From Camelus ferus (lineage: Eukaryota), in the NCBI RefSeq assembly GCF_009834535.1, contig NC_045697.1, positions 36,086,001 through 36,150,000 of the forward strand: a DNA stretch of 64,000 nucleotides. The letters are read 5' to 3'. Position 1 is the stretch's first letter, and every line of letters starts with the position of its first letter. The translations under genes were made by a program, and so were the position numbers. Below the pieces are notes generated by a model that saw nothing but the letters and a program-made list of their open reading frames with translations, was not told the origin of the DNA and did no database searches. Of this stretch, positions 37,874 through 49,699 are shown piece after piece.

Positions 37874-39519
37874 CCTGGCTTTGTTTAAATCAAGAAGTCA
37901 CTAAACAAACATGGATTTGAACAAGTTTAAATCTTCACAGATACTTCATTGACTACTAAAGCATTTTAATTTCCCTCTATTAAAAAGAATAAATATATTT
38001 TCCTAAGTTTGCAAATTATTATCAGAAATGCCCACATCACTAATCAAGAAAAAATAATCATAAGTGAGATTACTATTGGGATCATACAGGTTCAAACTGC
38101 TTTCTGATTGAAAAAAGAAAACATCTTTCTCTATCGTCATTGTGTTTGCTGTTGTTTTCTTCTGATGCAACACAGGGTCAGAGGAGCAGCAAGAATATTT
38201 GGGGTTATTCGCCTTACTGCCTTTAAAATGTTAAATATACTTAATTCTTCTGCATTAAGAATTTGCTGGAAGGTCCTTGAACTGTCTTTTCTTTCCCATA
38301 TGCTAGAACCAAGTTCTAAAAGGCACTTTGTCTTTCTGCGAGTACCCATGACCTTGACTTGACATTTTTTTGTGTGTGATTCCCTCCCCCAAAAGTTCTT
38401 GATCCTACCTCAACTACTTCAGATATAAGTATTCAAGGTAGAGTTATAAACTCAATTGTGTTCAAAAGTGTCTCCATCAAATGAACTCAAATTCCCTCTC
38501 TTCTAGCCACGATTATCTATTTGGTTTTCTCAGGAAGAGGGGCAAAGAACTTCTCTGAGACAGGAGTCTCTTCCACATCCTGATGGGTAGCAGTCTGTCT
38601 CTTGGTCAGCCTTAGTTCTGCTCACACCAGATACACCATTGATAAGAACAGAGGTGGTGGGAGGAGAAAATGTAGCTGTCTGATTTCATAAATTGGACAA
38701 GACAAGAAGCAATAACCATACCATGTTGTGTAGTTATTTAGGTGGTTAATCAAATATGTGGACATCAAAAGATACATAAGAAAAAGACAAGGGAGTGAAG
38801 GGTGTCATGCATTTGTCCTTCCCAAACTACATTATGCTCTCATTATTAATTGGGAGGAAAGGCAATACAAAGATTTTATTGAATTATTTCCATTGAAAAG
38901 CTCAACGATGGATTGATTAAAACCAACACATCTTTCCTAAAGCAATGTTCTGCGCACTGATTTTAGAAATGGGAAGCTTCCAAGCTGTTATGTTCCAAGA
39001 CTTTTCAGTTAATTAGTGTAGAGAAATTATTTTTATCTCTGTATCATGCTAAGATTCAAAAACTGCCTCTTGTTAGAAGTTCTGAACGGGCTGAAGGCAC
39101 AAGAGATTAGCAGAAAGGTAAAGATGTGTGTACCATCAGATCAGATCGGATCCAATGTTAAGTGACTACCTATTGCTTTAGCCAACAGGCCCCAGTTTTT
39201 CAAAATATTAAAAGAGAGACATTTTACTATACTAAGAGGAGCCTCACCCTTTCCTGAAACCAATGTCTTTGCCAGCGGCCCCTGGAACTTCCTGGTTATC
39301 TCCATCCACGTCCCCAGACACATTCTGTAAGAGTTGCAGCTGAATGGCTTGAGTTTTCATTTCACTGAATGGATGGCTAAACAATATTGGTTTGTGATGT
39401 GAAGACAATATACTCAGGTACCACAATCCACCTCACACTGCAAAGAGAATATTGGCCTTGAGGGGTTTGGGGTTCACAAAAAACTGGACTCAGGTCAGAA
39501 GGGATCCTTGAATCTTTTT

Positions 39520-39662
39520 CTTCTTTTAATTTTCTTTTGGGGGGAGGGAGGTAATCAGGTTTTCTATTTATTTGTTTATTTATATGGAGGTATTGGGGAT
39601 TGAACCCAGGACATCCTGCATGCTAAACACTGTGCTCTGCCACTGAGCTACACAATCCCCCT
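39520..39662 (-). mobile_element. tRNA-Ala-derived SINE, long-tail form
   Basis: ggggggagggaggtaatcagg...tggaggtattggggattgaacccaggac...; TSD ttgaatctttt / ttgaatatttt. Confidence 0.9.
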
Positions 39663-40201
39663 GTTGAATATTTTAATCCCAATTCCCATCCACCATAGTT
39701 GGTTGTCCAGCCTGTACCTGAGTGCTTCTAATGAAGGGCCAGCATGAAATAGGATGGGCTAAGATAAGCATTTTCAATTAAAAAAACACCATGTTAACTT
39801 AGTCTGGAATTTAGAAAACTGTATCAGTTTAGATCCCGTCCCACAATGGAAAAACCATCACAGAAGCTGTGAATAGTTACAAAGATGGTATTAATTACGT
39901 GATTCCTGACCTCAAAGGCAGAATATATAGTGGTAAATAAATGCATTAAAAAGAAAAACTCATCCTACTCTGAAGCCAGACCCACATGCTTTGAAATGAG
40001 TTTCAGCCCAATATCATGGAAAATAATTCAATCTTAACCTTTCTGTTGCCTCTTATTTACCTCTCACTATTTCCCCACAAACCTGTTACTTCTAGATTTT
40101 TGTATAACATAATAATGGACAATAAAATCTCTTCCAAGGTGAAAAAAAAAAACTCGCATAGTAACCAAAACTGCACAAAGACACCCCCCCACACACACAC
40201 A

Positions 40202-40268
40202 CAAACGAGGCTGATGCTGTTTATTCCACATTGCAAACGAGGCTGATGCTGTTTATTCCACATTGCAA
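40202..40268. repeat. Perfect 32-bp tandem duplication
   Basis: CAAACGAGGCTGATGCTGTTTATTCCACATTG at 40202-40233 and 40234-40265, followed by CAA. Confidence 0.97.
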
Positions 40269-41231
40269 CCGTTCATTCAAAGAGCATTTGTTGAACACCT
40301 ACTCTGTGCCTTAACCATCATGGCCAGTGGAGGCTGAGCTGGGGAATATTAGAGGGTTTCATGCTAACCTTTCCATACCATCCTTGCATCCTGGCTGCAT
40401 GTCTTTTCTTTTCTGGGGGCCACATGGAAAATACCCTAATAAATGAAGTTGACTATGAAAGTTCAAAAATGTGAGGGGTCTAGTATTGACATTTCTCATA
40501 GCATATTACTAATTTCTAAAGATTTCTTCACTGTTGGCATAGACTTTACTTGCTGATTTCCTGCCTCAGCCCAGGGCCTGCCGTCCCTCTGGCAGCCCCA
40601 CCCGAATGTCCACTTTCCTCCAGCTGCTGAGCGCCTGTTCCCTTTATTCTGCCCCCTCACACAAGGCCCAAATCATTTTCCTGTCATTCTGACCTCACTG
40701 TGACTTGTGTCCCTGCATCCCCCGCAGCTTCCTCAGCCTCCTCCCACGTCAACTGGTCAGAATCTGCGCATGCCCACTTTTTACAGCACCATGCAGATAT
40801 TCAAAATGATGCCCAGCCCGATGACATCTGGCACCAGCAGGGGTGGAGCAGGGCACACCATCTGTAAGGAGGGCTGTGCTGTGCCCACGCCTGCTCTTCA
40901 AGGCCTCCTCTAGCACCTCCTTTGTAGTCAGGATGTCTGGCTAGATCAGGCCTTTGGGCAAACTCCTCACCACCATATGTGATTTGATTTCATTTGGCTG
41001 AACAGTTGTTACAGAAGGAGGGTAGAGACTCACAATTCGTTCAAATTGTTAGAAGGTCATAGTTTGAATCCTTCCTCAGTCGCTTGTTACTCAAATGATT
41101 TGACCCTAGTTTGTTCATAATACCCTATGTAATAACAGTACTAGCTTTTATGACAACTAAAACAACAGGGGCAAGCACGCCAAATACAGAACTTCACGGG
41201 TGCTAAAGATGTGCTGAACTTATAGCTGATT

Positions 41232-41845
41232 CGTAAAGAGTTCCTAGGGAGTTTTAGGGACTGAGGTGGGAAGCCGCATTAAAAGACCGGCAGGACCCCC
41301 AAGCAGAGCCACTACTCTCCAACCAGCACCACCTGGTTCCCTGGCCCAGAGACTCTATCTCACTTTGCCTCTGAAACGGGCTTACTTACCCCTAAAAGTC
41401 TACTGGTTCCCTGAGCTAACTTCTGATTGGTTATTTCCTTCACTCCTGATTGGTTATTACTTTCCCTTCTGATTGGTCCACTTCCCTAATTTCTGATTGG
41501 TCCATTTGTAGTACTTTATTTGCATGGAGCTCACTCCTGATCGGTCCATTCCCCTCACTCCTGATTGATTATTTCTCTCACTCCTGATTGGTCTATTTCT
41601 ACAAAGCTTGTTCCTAGTTGGTCAACTTCTGTTATACTTTATTTGCATATGATGTTGCAAAGTGCAAAACTGGCAGCCTATAAAGGCCTGTGTAAACCTA
41701 CAGACGGGGTCCGAGCTTGGAGTGTTAACTCATCTGGGCCTGTTGGCATAATAAACCTGAGTTCTCCAACTCTCTGAGTGCTCCTTGGCTTGTAGCCCGG
41801 ATCCAGGTTGCTGTCACAACTGAGCTGTAACACCGAGCTGTAACA
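41232..41845 (+). mobile_element. Solo ERV LTR (probably ERV1-type, lineage-specific)
   Basis: Tandem CTGATTGG boxes, two ATTTGCAT, TATAAA 41679-41684, AATAAA 41750-41755, U5-like gagctgtaaca end. Boundaries are ambiguous: 41232-41845 with gatt/catt flanks, or 41266-41818 with an ACTGAG direct repeat. Confidence 0.85.
41423..41755 (+). promoter_or_regulatory. LTR promoter: inverted CCAAT array, octamers, TATA box and poly(A) signal
   Basis: CTGATTGG at 41423, 41446, 41469, 41493 and 41584; variants at 41537, 41561 and 41614; octamer at 41518 and 41641. Confidence 0.7.
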
Positions 41846-42510
41846 CATTTTTCCACAACAGGACAAGAATTTAAACTGGTAAATCTTATTGTAAGTTGAC
41901 ATCTGATTTGCAGTATCAGCATTTTACAGTTCAGTCCTGACACATTTAGGTGCTCAGATTTACTTGGATCCCCCAGACCACTGGGGCCCCAGGGCCAGTG
42001 CCTTGTGCCCTGCTCTTTACTGTTTTGTCTGTGCCTAAATGTGTGCTTTTTGTTCTGCTTTAAGAAAACGTCCAAGGATTCAGGTTGATTAATCTTCCTA
42101 TTTGGAATTTGAAACACCTTCGACTGATTATAAGTGTGTTTTTATAATATTCTCCGACACACGTGCAAGGTGGGACTGGTGTGAGCATGAGTCCACTTGG
42201 TGACCTGAATGCTTTCCCAGCCAGAGTCAACGGTCATCTGTTCACCCTGCTGCTGAGACCAGTCTTCTGACGCCTTCAGTCCCTTTCCTCCTTACCACGT
42301 TCCCTCCTAAACACATGTGCAGTCTCTGTTTTCAGACTCATAATGAGCTCTCCAGCTGTCTCAACTGTACTTTACTCTAGTCAAAGCAACTCTTTATCTG
42401 GTTGTTCCCATTTTTGACAGCTATTTTTTTTTTTAAACCTTGTTTATAGAATAGTTTTATTTACTTACTTTAAATTTTAAAAAAAATTTAAAAGGACTGA
42501 GATGATCTCT

Positions 42511-42643
42511 CTTTTATTTTATTTTATTTTGGGGGGGAATTAGGTTTATTTACTTATTTATTTTAATGGAGGTACTGGGGATTGAACCCAGGACCTCATG
42601 CATGCTAAGCATGCACTCTACCACTGAGCTATACCCTCTCCCC
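42511..42643 (-). mobile_element. tRNA-Ala-derived SINE, best-preserved copy, inserted in an old L1
   Basis: Minus strand GAGGGTATAGCTCAGTGGTAGAGTGCATGCTTAGCATGCATGAGGTCCTGGGTTCAATCCCCAGTACCTCCA followed by an A-rich tail. Confidence 0.93.
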
Positions 42644-42817
42644 TTTTACATTTACAAAAACAAATTTTGAAGACAGTACAGATATTTCTCATTTACCCCT
42701 GAACCTAGTTTCCCCTATTAGTGATCTCTGATATTATTAGTATGACACATTTCTTACTATCAATGAACTGAAACTGATACATTATTATAACTAAAGCCCA
42801 TATTTTATAGACTTTAG
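42644..42817 (-). mobile_element. Old L1 (L1MC-like) 3' fragment
   Basis: tttacaaaaa...acagtacaga...gtttcccctatta...atcaatgaac...tgatacattattataactaaag. Confidence 0.7.
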
Positions 42818-43135
42818 TTTTTTTTCAAACTGTGGTAAAATATATATAACATTTACCATTTTAAGCATGTTTAAGTGTACAGTTTGGTGGCATTAAGTGT
42901 ATTCACATTATTGTACAGGCATCACTACCATCCATGTCCAGAACTCTTTTACCTTGCAAAACTGAAACTGTGCCATGAAACAATAAATCACCACTCTCCT
43001 TTGCCCCCAGCCCATGGCAACCACCATTCTACTTTTTGTCCCCATGAATTTGACAGAGCTAGGTATGCCAAGTGAGTGGAATCATCCAGTAATTGTCCTT
43101 CTGTGACTGTTTTATTTCACTTAGCATCATGTCAT
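42818..43135 (-). mobile_element. L1MB-like 3' UTR
   Basis: tgtggtaaaatatatataac...aagtgtacagtttggtggcattaagtgtattcacatt...cccccagcccatggcaaccaccattctactt...tttcacttagcatcatgtc. Confidence 0.88.
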
Positions 43136-43494
43136 AACATTTATCTATGTTGTCCATTTCTGCATCTTCAACCGACTTCAGAAGGGCGTGTTTCTGCACA
43201 TTCTGGATCTTTCTACCATGGTGTCAGTTCACTTTCTGATTCTCCATTATACAGTTGGCTCTATTCTACAGTAAACCCTAGGTTGCCTCTATTTCTGGGA
43301 TCTTGTCCTAAATCCCATTTAGCATCTGGGATCCAAGAATCCCTCACGGGGACTAACATTTGTAAAGCACTTGCTGTGTCGTGGTCCTTGCTCTGAACAA
43401 TACACACATATTTTATAATATGTATAATACTACATACATACAACATACATATATAATCTGTATAAATAAGATACACATACTTGTGCACATATCT

Positions 43495-43640
43495 TGTTTA
43501 ATCATCACAACATCCCAGTGAGATAGGTACTATTATTAATCCCATTTTAAAGATTAGGAACCTCAAGCAGAGGGAGGGCAAGTAACATGCCAAAGGACTC
43601 CAGGTAACAAGCGCTAGTCCCAGAACCAGCAGCTGGGCAG
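43495..43640 (-). mobile_element. MIR SINE
   Basis: tttaatcatcacaacatcccagtgagataggtactattattaatcccattttaaagattaggaa. Confidence 0.8.
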
Positions 43641-44931
43641 CCCCACGCGCCCTGTACTACCTCTTAGTTCCTGCAGTTCCTGGCTTTCCTTCCACAGGGG
43701 AGGAAGTTAAGTGCTCTGTGCTTCTAATATGTCCACCATGGTCACATGTCCTCATTAAACTACAGCTGCTGCTGATTCCTCTTGGAATCCCTCTCCATTG
43801 CCCTGCCTGTCAGTTTGGGCCTGGTGGTACCAGTGTTCCCCTGAGCCTGGTCTGAGCTTCGGAGCCCTCTGCCCCTGCTCGGCAGACCACCCGAGCTCGG
43901 GAACCCATGCCTCACACCCTGCTCTGTGTGATTCTAACTGTCCTATTAGACTCTGCCCTTCACCTTCCCTGTCTCACTCCCACTGCTGTTGAGTTGCTCC
44001 CCAGTTCCCATGTAACTTCAGGCCGACCCTCTCAGCCATTAACGTTTTAATGTAATTATTCCACTACAGGCCAGCTGGCTCTGGTGTCCCACTAACATTT
44101 TTATAATCTGGAAGACTGGCCACACAGCATAATTCAATTCAAAAGCCATGATGGTTCTTTGACCTGGATTAACAGGGGCAGTGTTATAACTGGGAAATGC
44201 CACTGCCTTCCCAGAGGCAGCACGACTTTCAGTGTGCCCTCATTTCACTGCTGAAGTCATCTCCGTGTCACCTGGATGTGACTACTGCACTAGGCACTGA
44301 GCAGCTGTGCAGAGGGGGTGGTTGCTGGACACTTTAAATGCCAGGTGCAAAAGGCAGTCTTAGAAAAAGGCACAAAGTCAGAGGCTGCAGCAGGGAGGTG
44401 AGGACTTATGACAACCACCTGAGTTGAAATGGGAGCAACTTAGAACATGTCAGCACGCTGGGTTGCACAGCTGAGTTGGGTTTTGTTAGAGTCTGATCTT
44501 CCACTCTGTGGCCACAGGGCAAACAGGGGATCTGACGTGAGTGTGTGTGCAGAGTGTAGCCGGCTGGCGTGGAAGGTAGAGGCTATTATAATTCTTTACT
44601 ACAAAAGAGGAAGACTGCACTGAGATGGGTGAAAGTCTAGCCACAGAGAAATTGGGTGTGACAGGATGCCTGATTTATACCTCCGTTACTCCAAGACAAA
44701 ACTGCAAAGTGGTGGGGGGGAAGCTGCTGGTGAGGGTATTTTTCACAGACCATGTATGTATCTGGGTGGGTGTGCACATGTGCATAAAAGATCTCATACA
44801 GGGGCAGCAAATGTTGCTTGATGATGGTAACATAAAACATACTCAAATATATACTCTTAAGTTGTACATAAACTCATTGTTTTCGGCATGAATATTCAAT
44901 TGTAGGAAAATAAGTTTAGTAAATTATGGTT

Positions 44932-45326
44932 TGTGGTAGAATATAACACGGTTATGGAATAGTGAAGGGCTGTCTTCAAATATTCCATTGCTTGTCTTTC
45001 CAGATACACAGTAAATGTACAACTGCATCCCCCTGAAGTTGGCTTGGCCGTGTGGCTCACTCTGGCCGGTGGAAAGGAGCTGAGGTAATGGGTGTGACTT
45101 CCAGGCAGGGTTTTAACAGCCTGTCTGTAATCTTCTGTTTCTCCTTCCACTGCCTTAGTTATCCTGAAAGTGTGCGTCACGATGGGGCCGGACCCCTCAG
45201 GTCTGTGCCTGAGTGACTGTGGTCAGCAGAGCCCTCTCACTTGCAAAGTGAGTGAGATGTGAATTTGAGTTGCTAAACTATGGAGATTTGGGGGTTGTGT
45301 TACTGGAGTTACTCTACTGACCGATA
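44932..45326 (+). mobile_element. MLT1 (ERVL-MaLR) solo LTR
   Basis: tgtggtaga...ccctgaagttgg...gtgtgacttccaggcag...gagtgactgtggtcagcagagccc...gagatttgggggttgtgttactg...ctgaccgata. Confidence 0.75.
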
Positions 45327-46129
45327 GGAGCTGCATTATATAACATCAGGGAAAATGTTAGTAGTTTGAGCCTGGGCTGGAAGACAGCTTCCAAAAATAA
45401 AAGTCATTGTTAGTTTATCTAAAAAGGGCAATTTTCTTTAATATGGTTACACTTTTTTTTTCATTTATAAAAATGTTTTAAAAGGATAGAAAGCTCAAGG
45501 AACAGGAAAAAAAACAATCAGTTGATTCTAAGATTCCATGCTGGTATAAATTTGGATTTAGAGCCCACAGCTTTATAAAAGAAAGCACTGGGAATCAATT
45601 TCAGCTATTCTCCAAAAGGTGCTATTGTATCTAAATGAAGTAATGCACACCTAGCAGTTTTAATAAGTGAAATTTTCCCGGGAGGTTTTTACTCGTCTTG
45701 CAAAAGTCATAGGAAATTGTTGCTTCTCTCCCCACAGCTTGCTCTTTAATCAGAAGGATCATCTCCAAATTCAAATCTCTCTCTCCCAGGGCTTCACCTC
45801 CTCCTGAAACACTGAAGAGTCTGGTGGAGGGGAAGAGGGGCTGAAGCACAGAGTACAAAGATTAATGAACTAGAGAGAAAGTGGGTTCATTGAAGTCGGA
45901 ATGCAAACAGCCTCCCTCATTGAAGGAGCTCACTTTCCTAGGGACCCAAACACCTGTGACATGTGACATTCTGCCACTCTCATGGGCACGGATTGGCATG
46001 ACTTGGACCAATGGCAGGTGAGGGAGCTCCACTCACAGTGAGTGAGCCCTGCTGACCGCCAGCACCTACAGCTCATCCCAGCTCTACCGTGTGCTCCCAT
46101 TATTTGCTACGGTGTTGAGAGAAATTAGA

Positions 46130-46375
46130 GCTGAGATTGGGGCACTGACTCTGGGGACAGGCAGTCTGGATTTGAATCCTCATCCCACTTCTTACTAGCT
46201 GGGTCATCTTGGGTGAGTTACTTAACCTCTCTCTGCTTTTGTTTTCTCTTCTTAAAAAAGGGAATCATAATAGCACCTACCTCGAAGGCTGTGGGAGGAC
46301 TGAGCCATACACATAAAGCTCTCCTCTTAGAGCCCCACGTGCCGTGAGCACCGTGTCAGTTACTGCTGTTATTAC
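46130..46375 (+). mobile_element. MIR SINE
   Basis: ctggatttgaatcct...cttactagctgggtcatcttgggtgagttacttaacctctct...aatagcacctacctc. Confidence 0.85.
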
Positions 46376-49299
46376 TGTAACTAAAGTCACCGTAACTCCC
46401 TTGAGATGGTAACTCTTACTTCGAACAGTTGCTCCAGAGGAGAGGTAACTCCTTGTACTGTTGCTGGGAGTGGAGAGAAGCAGGAGGGATTGTGCATAAC
46501 TGATAAGTCTTACAAGAAATTAAAATATCTGTGTACAATATTTACAGCATCATTAAGTTTCTGAAGGGACCACTTATACTTGACTGCACTTTAGGGGAGA
46601 AAGCGTGTGCTATTACAGTGTCATTCATGAACCTGAACATGGGCTAAGGGCTTAGGACTAGTTGCTAAGAATACCAAGGGTCTATCATATTCCATCCTAA
46701 GGCTGAGGGTCAGCAGTCACATCCCCTTCCCCTTCACAAAGGTGAGGCGGTGAGAACTCTGTGGGCAGAGTGACAATACAGGATTACCACAGGGTGACTG
46801 TAGCCATGGAGGGTGCCTTTGGATCTACTGAGCTCAAGGAGCTAGACCACAGGCCGGAGGAAAGATCAGGCATCTGGCAAGGAAGGACTAACAAAGAGGG
46901 CATCAAATGTCCTTCTAGATTATTCCATTCTGTTAAAGATGGAGAGATCCAAGGCAGACACTTTGTTCAGGAATAAGACCATATGACTGACTAGTTTCTC
47001 TTGTGTTATAGCTACTGGGAGAGTGAACATATAATAAAGAATAAAACTGATGTAGAAGACTTAGTCGGCCCACACAACCTTGCTCATTATTGAGGCTTGT
47101 GAGGGAGAAGCACTGAGTCCAGGGAGATCCCTTCTGTGAATTCTTACAGCCTAAGAGGGAGAAATACACTGCCTGTGGCAGGTGAGAAGAGCCCCGGCAA
47201 GGGTTTCTGATGTGAAGCTTGGATTCAGGTATGAGATTGAAAGGGGCTTTGATCTCAAAGTAAGATTCAGGAGGCTTTCTTTATTTTCCATTGTGCCCAG
47301 TAGAATGAAGCTCCACAGAACACAGATCCACACGAGACAGTTGTTTTGTTCACTGCTGGATCTCCATCTTAGTACGTTCTAGGCACACAGAAAGAGCTCA
47401 GGGGTGACTTGGAGAGAATGAAGGAAAGACAGGAGTACTGTGGAGACAGCAGCAGGGAAGAGCAAGTGGCCATCGTACCTGAGGAATAACTGAATCGCGA
47501 GCCCCAAGGCCAGCACCACCAGCACAGAAGTTTATTCTCCAAGTTGCAAAGGGTGGAGGCTGACGCGACACTGAAACTCACCCCTGGAACCAGGGAGTGG
47601 TTCTGTCTTGTGGCCCAGACAGAGTCCGCCGGATGCCTGGCCATGGCTCCGCCTGGTGTTTGTTCCTGCTGTCAGGTGGCCTGCAGGCATCTAACATACG
47701 TTCTAATCAGTGTCTGTACACCTGAGCACTGCCTTCTCATGTGCACAGTGGAAGTCCTGTATCTTTCACAGTAGTTGGGAGGATTAAGCATGCTGGTGCG
47801 CGTAAAGTGCGTAGCGCAGCACTTACATGTGATTAGGACTCAACCCACGGTTGTTGTTGTTATTATTGTTAAAGTATCAAACTGTACAGATGGTTTGTTT
47901 CTTTAGCGTTTGTTTTTACATTTATTCCCTAGTTATTGGATGCTTATTATTATGGTTAGTTGTTTTGAAAAATAAAAGGGTATATTTTGCTTTACTACAA
48001 ACAAACAGAGGAGGGAGCCGTGGGTACAGGACAAGCAGTGTGGTATCAACCTCAGGGAAAGTGTGCGCTTTACAGAGTAGACCCTGGAATGGGATCAAGG
48101 CATCAAGAGCTCTGGTTCTGGTCCCTTAGGAGTGAAGCTACACTTAAAGTGTGGCCTACTTGACAAGCATCACACTTAGGATAAAGCAGGGTCAAAAATA
48201 AAATCCCTCCTCTCCAGGTAGTGTTTCAGCCAATGTGAGCTAACTCAGCTTTTCTCTGAGAGTAGTTCCTAGCAAGGTAAAATACAGAAGATATTTTGGG
48301 ACTCAAAAAGGGAGGCTAAGGAAGTCACCCTGCGGCCCCTCTACCTGTCTGTTGCTGGGATTCAGACGCCTCCCAGACCCCACAGGTGTGATGGTATAGC
48401 AGTTGGGCAGGCTTGCTGGGGGCTGAGGCAGTGACAACCTGCACTATTCCGTCTCTTCTATTTTCAGGATATTCTGAGGTTGTCTTCACAAAATATACAT
48501 ACAGCTTTCTTCCCCTTCTTTGCCATTAAAACTTAACACTCTCTTGCCCTGTGATGAGCTTTAAACACACTAACAAGATGAAGAGCTTTCCCATGGCTAC
48601 TAAGAGACCTCATTTGTAGGCACCACATTTCACTTAAAAGACACCCAGGGCGATTAAAATCATTAATTCAGAAATAACAGGGTTGGGCTTGTCAGACTGA
48701 AGACGGTTGTAATGAAAATCAAAACAGACGGACACTCGTCCCAGCACTGACCCTCACCAGGGTATGTTGCTGAGAACAGTCAATCCCAACTCTTCACACT
48801 CCTAAGAGGAAGAAATGCACTTAACAGAAAAAAATCACTTATCTAAAACCATGTTTATTTTCTGTTTGGAAAGAAGTTGGAGACACATATTCAGAAACTT
48901 ACAATCATCTGAGTTGACTCCCTTACCCCACATCTCCCCTCAGCTCACCTACTCAGGTCAGAAACCTGACAGTTGAGCCAGACTGTTCCCACTGCTTTCC
49001 CGTCCTGACCTACTCAGTCACTAGTTCCTAAACGTCTGTCACAGCCCTTCCTTCTCTGCTACCTCCATTTAGGTTTTCATCATCTCTGGATTACTACCTG
49101 TCCTGTTCCTCTCAGAGCTGGTGCACAACACAGGTCCCAGAGGCACGTATGTACTGACTACAAAGTGAGTGGTGTCCCTGGAGTTGGCAACAAGGCAGCC
49201 CTGCCCCCAGCCTCCCTTCATCCTGCCCTCTTAGACACCTTCTAAACTGCAAATATGGTTGTGGTGTTCCATTTCTTAAAAATTAATTATAGCAATGAT

Positions 49300-49475
49300 G
49301 CTGAAGATGATAATAACGGCAGGTACATACCACATACAAGGCACAGTGTTAAATATTTTGCATGTTTTAACTTCTCACAACAACCCAATTATTCCCATTT
49401 TACAGATTATTCCCATTTTACAGATGGTGAAATGAGGTTCAGAGGTGCTGAGTAACTTGCCCAGGGTCTCAGAGC
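49300..49475 (-). mobile_element. MIR SINE with internal 18-bp tandem duplication
   Basis: ctcacaacaaccc...attattcccattttacag x2...gaaatgaggttcagagg...gtaacttgcccagggtc. Confidence 0.85.
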
Positions 49476-49699
49476 TTTAATGTCTTCTTTCATCTTGGAG
49501 GTAGAGTAACAGTGGTTCTTAGCAAGGCTGAAGAGATGGGGGACTGGGGCCTAAACCTCAGCTCTGTAGGATTACATGAGTTATTTCATGGAAAGTGGCA
49601 TTTAGTGAAGTCTCAATAAGTTAGCTAATATCATTGTTATTATTAGTATTTCAGGATACGATTCAAACTTGACGGAGAGCATGCAGGTTATACCAGGAC

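Noticed and set aside
40202..40268. CRISPR-like 32-bp repeat
   Set aside because: Only two head-to-tail units with no spacer; mammalian DNA with no cas genes
41423..41621. CRISPR-like or novel regularly spaced array
   Set aside because: The inter-repeat segments resemble each other and sit inside an LTR; this is a tandem U3 enhancer repeat
42567..42638. Bona fide tRNA-Ala gene
   Set aside because: Followed by an A-rich SINE tail rather than an immediate T-run terminator, has an acceptor-stem mismatch, and is one of eight related dispersed copies
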